This document shows, piece after piece, positions 12,823-25,136 of a DNA stretch of 64,000 nt; the stretch's first letter is position 1, and every line of letters starts with the position of its first letter. The DNA is from Ptychomitrium polyphyllum (taxonomy: Eukaryota). The notes beneath the pieces are model-generated. The model searched no databases. It was given only the letters and a program-made list of their open reading frames with translations, and was not told where the DNA came from. The stretch is from assembly GCA_973851085.1 (NCBI GenBank), contig OZ316775.1:15004001-15068000 (forward strand). Direction: 5' to 3'. The position numbers and the translations under genes were made by a program.

Positions 12823-14738
12823 TCATCTCCATTAGTCATTCATCCGTTCCATGGAAGCGCTCAAGCAACTCCTGGGATCGACAACACAGATTTAATGGGT
12901 CTGGTGATTCGTCGTCTCCTTGCGCGAGGTGGATCTGGCCAAGAACTGGAGTTTCTTGTATGTTCGTTTCGAAGGAGCGCTGGTCGGCGGAGGGAACATA
13001 ATGCGTCTAGATTGCGGCTTCTCCGCTCCTTGCAAATTCAGGTCCGCCCCGTTGCTTTAGGTCCTACTGTCGAAGCACTGTTGAGATCTTTCCTTGGAGA
13101 GTTGACGCTTGGACTATCAGGGCTATCTGCGTTAGAAATGCAGAGGATTTCAATCTATGATATATGGAGCTTCTGTTGAGTTTATGCCTTGCGAAGCTTT
13201 TATCGACTACGACCGCCATTACAGTTTTGTTTGGAAAACTCGTGGATGGAGTACTTGAGTTCCGCCGTGCGGAGGTTTCTGCACAGTTTCTGAGAAACGT
13301 TTTGCACCAAATCTAAGTGGTGTAGTACAACTTGGTCTTCTGCAAGGAGGTTTCTTAGAGAAAGCTGTCTTTAGCAGAATTTACTGAAGCTTTGAATTTG
13401 CGCTTGTGTTGCAACTTCTGAATCAGTGCAGCTTGACATGACATGACAGTTCGTATGTCATATGATGTACAATTGTATGGTCATAGGATGCACAAAGCCA
13501 GTAGGGTTGACATAACAAGTTCACGAAGTCGGCTGAATGTGTTTTCCATGCCGGAAGTCTGCAATTCAATTCCCGACGCACTTGGATTCTACTTATGTTC
13601 CCTCTGAATGTTACCCATGTATATCATACTCGCGTGAGCGCATGATTTTTTAATTGTGTAGTTGAACTATGTCAAAGACGAAATTCATGATATCTGATGC
13701 TATGTGCTCTCTGAAATGATTGCTCGGGATTCACGGTGTCTTGGACGGAATTAGACTAACTCATGGACTTAAAACAGACTCTGGGATGGCCGGGCATGTC
13801 TTCGTGCATTTGTAACTAAGATTCAGTAGCCTTCTTCTCTAGAAGTGTAAATTTACCATTTCGATTTGATTTTGCTGGAAAGCTTGATTGCAGCCTCGGT
13901 TGTGGCTACAGCAAGGGCATTCACATAGATTGGTTGGTCCTGGGATTAGTTAGATGCAATGGAAGGGACCCTGGACTCCATTGAGGTGGAGAGCATCTTC
14001 TCTGGTGTCAGACGGTATGAGCACGTGACACTAGCGTGGCAGGGCACAATGCACAAGGATGCTAGTGGAAATCTTGTAAGAGTTGGATGCCAAGTTGGTA
14101 CTCCCACTAGAGTTGCCTCCGGAAGCAACAGAGGGAGTTGCGTTGATGGACGACATCCCAGATAATTTCTCAACAAGAGTGATACACGTTGGCTGCGGAA
14201 GGCAAGGTGTTTTTATGTGAATTGTTCTGTGGCAAGTGGCACAAGCGGTTTGATCTTGAGGTTGGAAAGTGGACTCAAGATGCAGTCGAAGTTTCTGAGG
14301 AGCCAGAAGTGCTACTAAACAAGCTGATATATTGAAGCATTGCATTCCGTCCACATATTTCCTCTACATTCCAAGTGGGTTTGATGTGTGAGATTAAAGT
14401 TTTCGACTGAACCCAGGTTCAATATGTATGTGAAAATTTTATTGGATACTAGTTCAAATTAAAGTCATAAAGAATATCTAGAAAGATTTTAAATATATTG
14501 TTGTACATTCAAGGAGGTTGGATATCGGTGCTACAGTCACTCAAGAAATTTACGATGACAAAGAATGTTTCTATGAGCCACTTGTTGCATTAACATTGTG
14601 CTATTTGCATGACGTGACAAATATTTACTCTAACGTGATATACTCAACTCTACTTCTTGCACTCACGTCGTTTCTACCTAGTTAGGGAAGCCTGGGACAG
14701 GAGAGTGGCGCCGGCTTAGCAAAGCTCAATTGAAATGT

Positions 14739-17348
14739 TCAATCAACTGATTTAGTTGTAGGAAGATCTAAAGTCGCGGTCTCTAACCATTGCCTAACAT
14801 CTGTTCCCGAGGCTTCCAACCAGTCCAGTCTGTCAGCGCATTCTGCGAATGGCGAAGACATATCTTTCAGAACAGAAGAAATCACATCAATGAGCCTGAG
14901 TTCGTCTCCAGTTACTTGCCTACCCACTCCAGTTTCAACGATGATTCTGCTGGGAAGCTCCTGGGCCGCTTGTATGGCGTATCGAAGAGATGACAACCAG
15001 CTTAGAAGGGCACAGTGTGCAGCACCGGTGGAGAGAGAGCGCAGATGTAGAGACCACATAGTTGATGACTTGCTCTGAAACCCAGGGTACACTCCCAACA
15101 AGTGAAGCAGTGGAAGGAGCTGGAAAGCATGGTTGCGGTTTCCTTTCTGCCAAACTAATTGCACCAGAGAGTTGCAAATGGGTTTGTGAGCCTCCTCTGT
15201 GGTGCCATTCAGCAATGCCTGAAAGTCATTCTGCATATCCTTCAACACAATCTTCTCCTCAAAGAGCTGTCCCACAACGTTATCCAGTATTGCGTTGCAT
15301 TTCCTCAGGCAGCTGCGAATAAGCTCGATGTCCTCGTTTCTGTCGCACGAGTTCAAAAGGTTGAGAACTACACAACATAGCCGTTCGTCAGGAGCGCAAT
15401 TTGCCGACAACATGTCATTTAGAATCTTCTCCACCTTCTTATAATCTTTGGCGTTTCCATACGCCTGTAGGAGGCAGGTGTAGGCCATAATATCAGCTGC
15501 ATACCCAGCCTCAACTAACCTTGAAAACATCCTTTGTGCCTCCATGGCCATACCCTGTTTCGCATATAAACTTATCATATTTCTGTAAGTCCAGTCATTC
15601 GCCTTGCATCCAGCTTCTCCCATCTCTCTAAAATACTGATCGGCTTCTGATACCAAGCCAGCATCTCCGCACATTTTTATCACTGTATTGTACACAATGA
15701 CATCACAAGTTACTCCTTTCCTCAAACGAGAGAAAACCTCCAAACCATCCACCACATTGCCGGACCTGTTATATGTTTCCATCACTGTGCTCAGTGTCAC
15801 AGCATTCGGCTTCACTCCTGCTTGTTCCATCTCTTCAAAAATCCTCAATGCATGGCCCATCCTACCCGCGCGACCAAGAGAAGAAATCAAAATGTTATAA
15901 ATAATCGGGTCAGGTTGGACACCAGATTTCTTCATTTCCTGAAATGTAGAAACTGCCGCTTTCATGTACCCTGCCCGTCCCAAAAGCCTAACCATTGTAC
16001 CATATGTGACTTTGTCCGGTTTCCAGCCTGCTTTTCTCAAGTTTTCATACAGTGCAATAGCTTCATTGTACATGCCCATCTTCCCATAAACGTCTAACAT
16101 GGTGCTGTAAGTGACCCCATCAGGAACACAATTGGCCTCGTGCATCCTCTCAAACCATGCCATTGCCTCCTCCTGGCAGACGAAAACAAAAAGAGCTGCG
16201 TAAGCACGACTATCTTCTATTACGGTAAACAACCACCTACAACAAGCATCCAGAAAACATAAACAGCTTAGTAGAATATTAGCTTTTCGAGCCATATAGT
16301 AACTCACGAATCTATATGGAATTAGGGATTCTTGATGGACCTGACGATTGCAGCGATTGGCACAGCTGATAAGTGTACTGTATGTGATGTTATCTGGGAG
16401 AATTCCGACATTGATCATATCTAAAGCAATCCGTTCCGAAAGTTCCCATTGACGCCCCCGACGTAGAACCTTCAGCATCACATTATAGGTGTAACTATTC
16501 AGACTTGAGCTATGTTCGGCCCGCAACCACTTGAACAGCGCCAGCGCCGATCTCCAACTAGTCAAGTTATTGAGGATGGCGACTACGTCGAAAGGGGTAA
16601 GGGCACCATCAAAATCTTTCAAAGCCAAAGCCACGCCTTCCTCACTCTCCTTCGCAGACTTCACACTGCATTGCAATATGAAAGCATTTCCATAAAATCA
16701 CCAAAACCCTAGAGAAAATTTTCCAGGAGAAACAGAGGAAAATTCATTGTTCTAACGCCATGGGACTGAAGTAAAAATAAGCTACATAATAACATCATCA
16801 ACATTTTGTTCATACAGAACCATTATTGAGCCCCACATAAAATGAGAGATTTTTCATGAATTCACAGGGAGCACATGGAGGTTCACTCCGTCAGATCATA
16901 CACAACAAGCACGAATCGCAAAAACGTCGTAATCTCACATGTCAAGAACTTGGCCAACAACACCAGAATTCGACGAAGCTCGACGCGTCCCGCCCTTCTG
17001 TTGCTGTACTCTATTCTTCACAGGAATCTCGAAATACTCCAACGTGTTGGACGCCGCCTTCGTTCCCAGCACCCGCTTACTCAAACTTTCCAGGTTGAGC
17101 AACCGCAGTTGCTCCCCGAGCGTCTTGTGCTGCTCAGTACTACTCGAGGTGGGCTCACTCCCATTGGCATGCTTGCTACTGCTCCTACGCTCTAGAGCCT
17201 CGTCTTGCGACGTGTCCTCGTTGTGCAGAGTGCCACTGCTGCAACTCGCCACAATTCTCGTCCTCCTGGAGACGACAAGTTCTCCCAGGCCTACAGGATG
17301 CACAGGCTTACAGCTCCCATGGCCAAGACAATGGGGAGCCAGAGCCAT
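14739..17348 (-). CDS. SOT1: P-class pentatricopeptide repeat protein with C-terminal SMR domain, SOT1/PPR53-like, probably plastid-targeted; complement(join(14739..16172,16341..16665,16939..17348))
   Basis: Tandem 35-aa PPR motifs (YNVMLKVLRRGRQW, PDNITYSTLISCA, PDGVTYSTMLDVYGK...) and SMR motifs WSLHLRSLSTGAA...IIVETGVG. Transit-peptide-like N-terminus. Introns 16938-16666 (phase 2) and 16340-16173 (phase 0) are GT-AG and keep frame. Subfamily assignment is from remembered similarity to At5g46580. Confidence 0.88.
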
Positions 17349-18185
17349 GGTACCCACCTGGAAAACAATCACCACATAAACCACGCCCCTCCACCTCCCA
17401 CCACACTCTTCCGAATCCTACCCTCAGCTTCCCACAGCCCACGCAGCTGGAAATCCACTAAAGCTTCCACTTTTACCACCACCTAGCGCTGCACTTCGAA
17501 GTGCCTTCGCGCCACCACAGAACCGGAAAAATCTAGCAAGAATCCTGCCTGTGCGAGAATTCCTTAAACCCTCCTGTAAACCTCGCGAGTGCTGCGCAAC
17601 CAGAACGAGTGTCTCCGGTTCTGGATAAGCCTGGCGCCACTCACCACATTCATCTCTTATCTAACGATCATCGTTCCTTTCGCAACCGAACACGCCTCAC
17701 CTTGTTCACGGCACCGTCGCTGCAGTTCCATACCCGGGTGCTGTAGGACTGTAACCTCGTTGTAACGAAGGATATTTAGTTAATGGCTTTGCTCTGCCAC
17801 ATAGAATGGAATGAAATGAATGAAATTAAATTAAATAGATCTTTTTCCCAATTTGGGATACCAATAAATTCAAGGGCACCCATACAAAATTTATTATATT
17901 AATCCATAGGATATTATTCTACATGATCAATTATAGTCATAATCTAGTACTAAAGTTTTAGATAGAACTTTCTAGAATAACATGTACCTTGAATCTAAGT
18001 TGTATTTTAGAATATTGAAAGTCATATCATGTTCATTATAGAAACATTCCTTTTTTATGAATACTAAAAAGATGTGCTAATTTTCTAATATGCTATCTTG
18101 TAACTCTAAATTTGACATAATTTGATCAAAATCACTTAGTTTTAATTTTATGCTAGTCATATGTTCTTTTGCATGTACAATAAGG

Positions 18186-18606
18186 TGTTATAATTTGTGA
18201 ATCCATTGATGTTGGGGCCAAATGTCTGATTTAGATTCACTGTCGTTTAACTTGGCGCTCTACTAGCAAAGCTTTTAGGTTTACTGCTCTCCAAATTCTT
18301 ACAGCTACAAAGTTGTGATGCATTTAAATTTAGAAATTTGACTTTAGTGTATACAAAGTGTGTGAAATCCAAGCTCTTGAGTTTGGCATGTTTTGATTCA
18401 ATATGATATTGAATCAAGCCTAAGGTGATTCTACTATATAAAGGACATGTTTGTGTTAGTTTTTGAAGTGTTGAGTCATCTTATGGCCACTTGAGTTGAT
18501 GAGTTGGTGGAGTTAATCCAATAAGACAATGTTAACTTGGATTTACTTGTAGCTTTGAAGATACTTGTATTGATTATGGTAAAGCTTTGACTTATGGTAG
18601 GTGACA
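18186..18606 (+). mobile_element. Possible decayed solo LTR
   Basis: ~420-bp segment bounded by TGTTA...TGACA, with internal TATATAAA (~18435) and AATAA. The flanks share aagg/agg but there is no clean 4-6 bp target-site duplication for TG..CA ends. Confidence 0.25.
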
Positions 18607-19698
18607 AGGTTAATACTTAGTGACAAATCTTAAGATAAATTTAATTGACTTTTTATTAGAAATATAATAGAATAATAGAAATAGTGTTAAAAAAGTCTTT
18701 ATGAGTTTTGATATATAAGGTGATAGTGGCCAAATACACAGATATTTGATAATAATTTACCAAACTTGTGTTGTGCAATGAAAATAGTATCATAGAATTG
18801 ATGTAGTGTTATGGAGTTTATTTAATTATAGATGTAGAGTATGTAATCTTCACTACAATATATGAAGATAATAATATTTTATATCACAAAGAAGTTGGAG
18901 TTATATAATAATAGGTGTTGAGAATTAATCTTCAACAATTTGCATCTCGACGTTAGCATGTGGTGACAAGTTTTTTATTTCGCATGCGATGTTAATGAGG
19001 AACAGCCTTGCTAACTGATTTAAATATTCTTCTGTAGAACCGACAGCTGTAAAAGCTCTTCAATATTCAACGCAACCGAGTTTACCGCATTGGCTCGCCA
19101 TTGAACAGTGACAACGATGCAAGGCTCTCGCACTCTCTCGTAAATTTCGCCATGGTCACAGGGTAACCAAAGTCAGATAGAACTTCAATTAGACAAACCA
19201 TAATTGCATCTTTAGCTAGGATTGTAGTGTGCAGCACAAACGTGCAAAAGCTCTACCAACAACTGCGCGTGACTGATAGAGTAGGAAAATGCTTCTTCCA
19301 TGCAAATTCAGCAGACTAGTGCTCACAATGATTGAGAAGAATAGAACGTCGACTTTCCATACTCAACTCTTGTGGGCCAACGATAGAAATGCCCTTTCTT
19401 TAGGTTTAGAACGACTTTGGATATGGATCGCTTATGATCACGATACCTGGGTGCATACTGATATCGAAACAGGGTGCCTTCAGGGGAAACAAGATATCAA
19501 TCAGTCGGTAAACATCAAAGCTCGACATTTGCAACCTCGTCGCAATTCAGATTCCAGAGGAAGTCATTGTTGTACAAGCACAAAAACCGCATCGTCACAG
19601 AAATTCCTGCATAATGCAAGGGTAGTGTACATATCCCAACGAGCTCCTTCCAGATAGAGAAGAGATTAGAGTTAGAATTAACGGTAGAGTTCAATGGA

Positions 19699-20060
19699 GT
19701 GTGTGCGCCAGGAATCCCTGAAACAGTGTTACAACATTCATGTCTGTTGGATGAGTGTTAATCCCAACCTGAGTCTCTACGAGGAGCTTCGCTTTACACT
19801 TCACGGTGGCAGCACCTGGTTGCCAAGTCCCTTGGGAGTTTTCTTCTAGAGTGTGCTCCATGTGCTGCTCTTAGTGGTCGGAGCTTCGCTCCTGCTTCTT
19901 CATGTGGTTATACTGATCGTGTTAACTCTGTTCCTGAACATCTTCCTCACCGGATGCTGCCATCCGTCTTACATGTGCATTTGGGTTCATTTGGATTGGG
20001 AGTAAGAGCGTCGCTGTTTCAGGGTGTTGGCCAGATGGTGTAAAGAGGTTTTGCACATGC
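19699..20060 (+). ncRNA. Candidate structured non-coding RNA of unrecognised family
   Basis: Nested long-range stems 19716-19728/20012-20024, 19760-19774/19989-20003 and 19805-19820/19949-19964 plus several local hairpins. Most non-Watson-Crick positions are G-U on the + strand. Confidence 0.5.
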
Positions 20061-20589
20061 ACGACGTCATTTGGTTGCCACTTGAAGAATAGATGCGGGC
20101 GTCACACCAGGTTGAATCTGCAGAAGCTTTAGGGTTTTTTTATTTGATCTGAACCTGCTTTGTAAGAGCTGCATTTCGTTCTAGGGTGATCTTTCCTTTC
20201 TGGGTGAAAAACCTCTTTCGTAGTTGAATTCAGACTTGATCAGACGATGAAATTAGATTTTGGAGGGAGTAGGTTAAGGTCCACCATGTGCTGTGAATTT
20301 GCGACTGGTCACTTTGTTTTCTTTGCTCCGACATGGCAATCATCAAGGAGTGTCATGGTAGGAAATAAGTGTCGGCGTCTATCACATGTACTCATCGTCA
20401 TTTTTCCAAGTTAATGAATACATCACCATTTGGCTTCTCCTCCCTGCTACCTCAATGAGTCTTTCCCTGTTACGAATCGACTTCAGTTTTCTGAAACTCT
20501 GGTCAATCTTCCAAATCTACTACTATTTGTAACACGGCTAGTGGTTGATGCTGTGCAGGTTGTCACAGCAGTGGTGTTTGGCATCCGCC

Positions 20590-20620
20590 TTCTCAAGCTA
20601 TTCTCAAGCTATTCTCAAGC
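20590..20620. repeat. Short tandem repeat (TTCTCAAGCTA) x ~3
   Basis: ttctcaagctattctcaagctattctcaagc read directly. Confidence 0.85.
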
Positions 20621-23392
20621 AGACACAAGAGCTTGCCTCCTGGCCCACCTAATCTTTCCATCACCCGAACCTTGCACCTCTTGGGCAAGCACTTAGCTGA
20701 GGATCTAACAAAGCTGGAAAGATTCATGCACAAATCGTTATGACCAGCAGTACTTGTCTCTTCTCCCTCTCGTAAGACTTGCACACAAAACATTCTTTCA
20801 AGTTGTTGAATGGAGTTTCAGATCCTGCTAACTCTGACGGCAATGTCTCCTGACATGACAGAGATGAACTTTGCCTCTACCTAATGAAGTATGTACATTT
20901 GTAAATCCAAATCTAACCGTAGGATTGAACAATAACTAAATGAAAGTGTTATGCGGAGGAGGGGTGCGTGAGGAAGATAATCTGGAAGCTGTGACTCATA
21001 TTTGACTTCAAACCAAAAGTGTGTCAAAATCTGGACTCACGATGTTCCAAGTTTCAGATGACTGAATTTCTTCCTTTTCTGGAGTGGTATTTTGTTTGAA
21101 ACGTCAGGTTTGAATTTTGTCACTTGCCAGATTACAGTGAACAATGTACCTAGACATAGGAATTTTCACTCAGGTCCTTTGAGAGCCCCTTGTGGATACT
21201 TCAGAGTGAGGTCTGAAGCACATCTGTATGGCCCATGGGTGTTTCATTTCAGATATAACGTTCCGGTGAAAAGGCTGCACTTGAAGAAGATACTACTTAT
21301 GCAGCTCAACACCACCACACACCTTCAAAGAAAAGCAAGTCTGGGCTGAAAAAAGCGCTCTCTGTGGCTCACATTTAACATTGAGAAGGTCTCTCTCATG
21401 ACTTTGTTAACGCCATATGTGTTGTGTAGATCATTGGAAGTAAGTGGGTGTGTAATGTTTTGAGCATCAGTAGAAAGAAGTAGCGAGGTAACATTCCATA
21501 CAAGTATATTGAGTTTGATGATGAGGGGTTTGATATTTGGGTGGCTTTGTGCATTGTGTGTAGGAAACATTCACATATACAACCATTAGGAATGAACTAG
21601 ATTGAGATATCTTGAGATATCTGAATATCATTCACATATAACAATTCACATATACAAAGATATAGCTACTATTGCACATTTTTGGTATGTCAATAGAAAT
21701 GTTTCTTTATAGTTGGACTATACATGTTAAACTAAAACTCTTACTAAGCACAATTTTTTTTGAATAATTGAATTGTGAATGGAAGGACTTATAACTCATG
21801 GTTAATGGAATGATATGGTCAGTACATCAATTGAAATCCTATACAAAGTCCATATAGCTTGTACAATTTGCAAAATTTACAAATTACATAATATGGAATT
21901 ATTACTTACTATCATAGGATCATGGATTATAATGCATGTATGATATTATAGTTTCACAAAATAGTGTCCTATAGAAGAAGTCATAAGGTGTTGGTTTCAT
22001 TAATCAGTTATAAAAGTTAGCACTATCCATGATTATTTAATAATTCATTATTGTATGGTATAAAATTTAAATTAAATACAAATTTATTATTTTAATTCTT
22101 CAATTATGGTATTAAATTGTTTGGCTATAAAAAAATTAATACAACCTCTGCAATAATTCCTATTTTATTATAAACAATATAAATAATAATTAAAAAATTG
22201 TATGCATAAAAATTTGAAAAAATAATTCTTAATTTTTTATTAAAATCATAATATTGAAAGAATTCTTTTTGGATAAAAATGTCATATATTACTTTTTTCT
22301 TGATTTACATTTTTAAAATAGAAATATTTTATTAAAATTCATCTCTATTTGAGGATTTACAAATATGTGGTTGTGGAAGTTTTAAAAAAGATTATGGTGT
22401 TTAAAATAACAAATGAAATACAAAAGATTTAAATCAATGATTTGAAGGCAATGATCTACTTCTTTGCATTAAACAAGAGATGGTGATGATGGAAAGTATT
22501 AAGCTTAATACCTTTAATTCTCTATGATGAAATAAAGGTGAGGCATAATTTGAAAACATAGTTTACAGTATAATTGATTGAAAGAACTATGACCACATGT
22601 TTGATTAATAATGGAAATAACAAGTACTTCTTGCAAGTTCTTACAAGATTATTATTAATATTTTTTTAACTTATATTTGTTTGTATCTTATATTTGGAAA
22701 TTCTTGGATTGTGAATTATAATTACAATTGTATGGTTTACATTAGAAATCTTAATAAAGCATTTTAAATGTTTTTATAAATCTTATATGAAGGAAATATC
22801 TAAATAAAAGATAATATAAAGGCTTAAGGCTGCACTTATTTAATTTCAATGTATATGATATTCTTTAATAATATAATGTTTTACCTACTTAATTTGAACA
22901 TATATTTCCATAAAATCAATAATTACTAAATTACTTCATCAGTTACTAAATAAAATCTAAAGTATTGTCAAAAAATGCAATTTTGTTTACTTTCATAAAA
23001 TCATAACTTAATATTACTATAGAACTTTGATTGCAAATTATCAAAGTTGTGTTTGGTGCTATTGTGTGCTTTCTATTGTTCTATTATAATTTTTTTTTCA
23101 TTGCTAAAAACTTTTTCCTTCATAATTAATTTTTATTCCTATTTTTAAAATGAATTTTCTCTCTTTTTTTTGTTCTAAATTTAAAATGAACTTGCTAGAT
23201 AATAAAATTATTCAAAGAATATAAAATCATTTTCTAAATTTATACATTTTATTATAAAATCATCTAATCATATTAAAATTCTATAATTTCTAAAGTTCTT
23301 TGCAATCTAATTGAATTACTAACATTCTTGTATCCACAAAAAGCTCTTCCTTCAAACTTTTTTCTACAACAGATCGCAAAATTCACAAACTG

Positions 23393-23737
23393 GTAAAATA
23401 TGAACAACTCCACGTAAAATATGAATAATCCCAGGTAAAATATGAACGACTTCAAATAAAATATGAACAACTCCATGTAAAATATGAATAATCCCAGATA
23501 AAATATGAACGACTTTAAATAAAATATGAACAACTCCATGTAAAATATGAATAATCCCAGATAAAATATGAACGACTTCAAATAGAATATGAACAATCTT
23601 AGGTAAAATATGAACAATCCCAGATTAAACATGAACAAGTCTAGGTAAAATATGAACAAGTCCGGGTAAAACATGAACAACCCCAGGTAAAAACTGAACA
23701 ATTCTGGGTAAAATATGAACAGCCCCAGGTAAAATAT
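23393..23737. repeat. Minisatellite: 16 complete 21-bp units (RTAAAATATGAA core + 9 variable nt); the first nine units form a 63-bp higher-order repeat x3
   Basis: Units start every 21 bp from 23393 to 23708, with a partial unit at 23729. Variable parts cycle caactccay / taatcccag / cgacttyaa three times and then diverge. Confidence 0.95.
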
Positions 23738-23805
23738 TATCAAAAAGGTAAGTGCCTTGCGGCACCAACGTACTTGCGTACACCAAGAATGTCTGCGAGT
23801 ATCAG

Positions 23806-23852
23806 AGGGTTTATTTAGGATTTATTTAGGGTTTATTTAGGGTTTATTTAGG
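23806..23852 (+). repeat. Variant telomere-like tandem (TTTATTTAGGG) x ~4
   Basis: aggg tttatttagga tttatttaggg tttatttaggg tttatttagg read directly. Confidence 0.85.
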
Positions 23853-25095
23853 TTAGAAGCGAACGAGTAGAATCGCAACTGATAATTGGGTAAGCGAAGT
23901 TCAGTTGGCTGATTTTACACTTCGTGCCGGATCTCGGCATCATTGCGCTGCACTACCTGCCATAACTGCTGAGGCTTTGCAGGCTGCTGTTCTGTTGAGA
24001 ACCACAGCGCCCTTGGTCCCTCACTAACACGCATGATAGCATTGTATCATCATTTCCACAGAGTCTGCCACCGTTGCCACCCCGGCCTCTCATTGTCAAG
24101 TGTGTGTAGAACCTAGCTGTCTGGGGCTAAATCAGTGGCAAAGCTATGCTCTTTTGTACTTCGACCCGCTTAGCTCTGAGTGGGTGCTCTCTGTATCATA
24201 CCTCCTGCTAAGTTAATTGTAGTGTTGTCCTTCATGAATGCACAAGTTTTGGCTTCAAATGATCAAGTTATGTACTGCACAAATCCTTTATGAACTTTCA
24301 TCTCATGAGCCATGAAGGTGGACAGCCTGTTGCCACTGCACTAAAGAATAGGAGCACTGGATAGATTTTCAACAATTTTTGGTCCATGAAAAACTAAGGT
24401 TTGGAGTTTAGTGCAATTGATTATTACTTTCTACTTGTAGAAGTTATGAGTTTTTAAAGGGATTCATCATCCACCCAAGCAACAACAAGTATTCACATTT
24501 CAATGAATATACATTTATTCTAGTCCTATTTAATCATCACCCTTGCACAAGCCTCTATTCACTACATGTTTTCCTTTAAATAGGTATGAATTTCCTTCCC
24601 TTCCATTACCACCACTTCATAATATCATTTGCATTTAACTTCAATCCATCACCACCAATTACCAAATCTTAAACTCTATGCAATGAGAGCGTATTGGTTG
24701 ATAACAATGCACATGGTAGATTTTACTCTTTTATTGGCAAGTGTCCATGAATCAATGGTGATAAGGGACTATTCTATCTTAAATTGACAATCATAATAAA
24801 AAAAACATGGATTCTACCATAATTGAAGCATATTATAATGGTGTATAAATAATTAAAGGATTACATGAAGCTATGAAGTTAATTAAATGAAGCTCATTGC
24901 ATGTCCTTGAAGTGTAAAGTTAAAGTTGTCTCATTATGTAGCAAAAAGAGAAAAAAAACAAAGTTATTAGAATGAAGTCCAACACAACTCTACTACTTTA
25001 ATCCTTAAAAAGTGAGTCCTATAATGAAAAACATATTTAAACATGTCTATTTTCAGCATGTCAAACAAAAAAATTATTCAAAAAATTTAATTATC

Positions 25096-25136
25096 AATAC
25101 ATTGATATTTGTCAAATACATTGATATTTGTCAAAT
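25096..25136. repeat. 19-bp tandem duplication
   Basis: aatacattgatatttgtca occurs twice in tandem. Confidence 0.8.

Noticed and set aside
13959..14330. Short ORFs between the RSM22-like and PPR genes
   Set aside because: No recognisable domain; they lie in the convergent 3' region.
19750..19945. TAS3-like locus with miR390 sites
   Set aside because: gtgttaatcccaacctgagt resembles a miR390 target only with bulges, and no recognisable tasiARF/tasiAP2 sequence or good second site is present.
20127..20141. Telomerase RNA template (AAACCCTAAA on minus)
   Set aside because: No clear USE/TATA Pol III promoter upstream on the minus strand, and the neighbouring structure favours the + strand. A telo-box is the simpler explanation.
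23393..23737. CRISPR array interpretation of the 21-bp repeat
   Set aside because: The 12-nt core and 9-nt variable parts are far too short, the variable parts recur and are related to each other, there are no cas genes, and the context is eukaryotic.
23273..23743. 156-aa hydrophobic ORF (LFIFYLG repeats)
   Set aside because: By-product of the 21-bp repeat being stop-free in one minus frame; non-ATG start.
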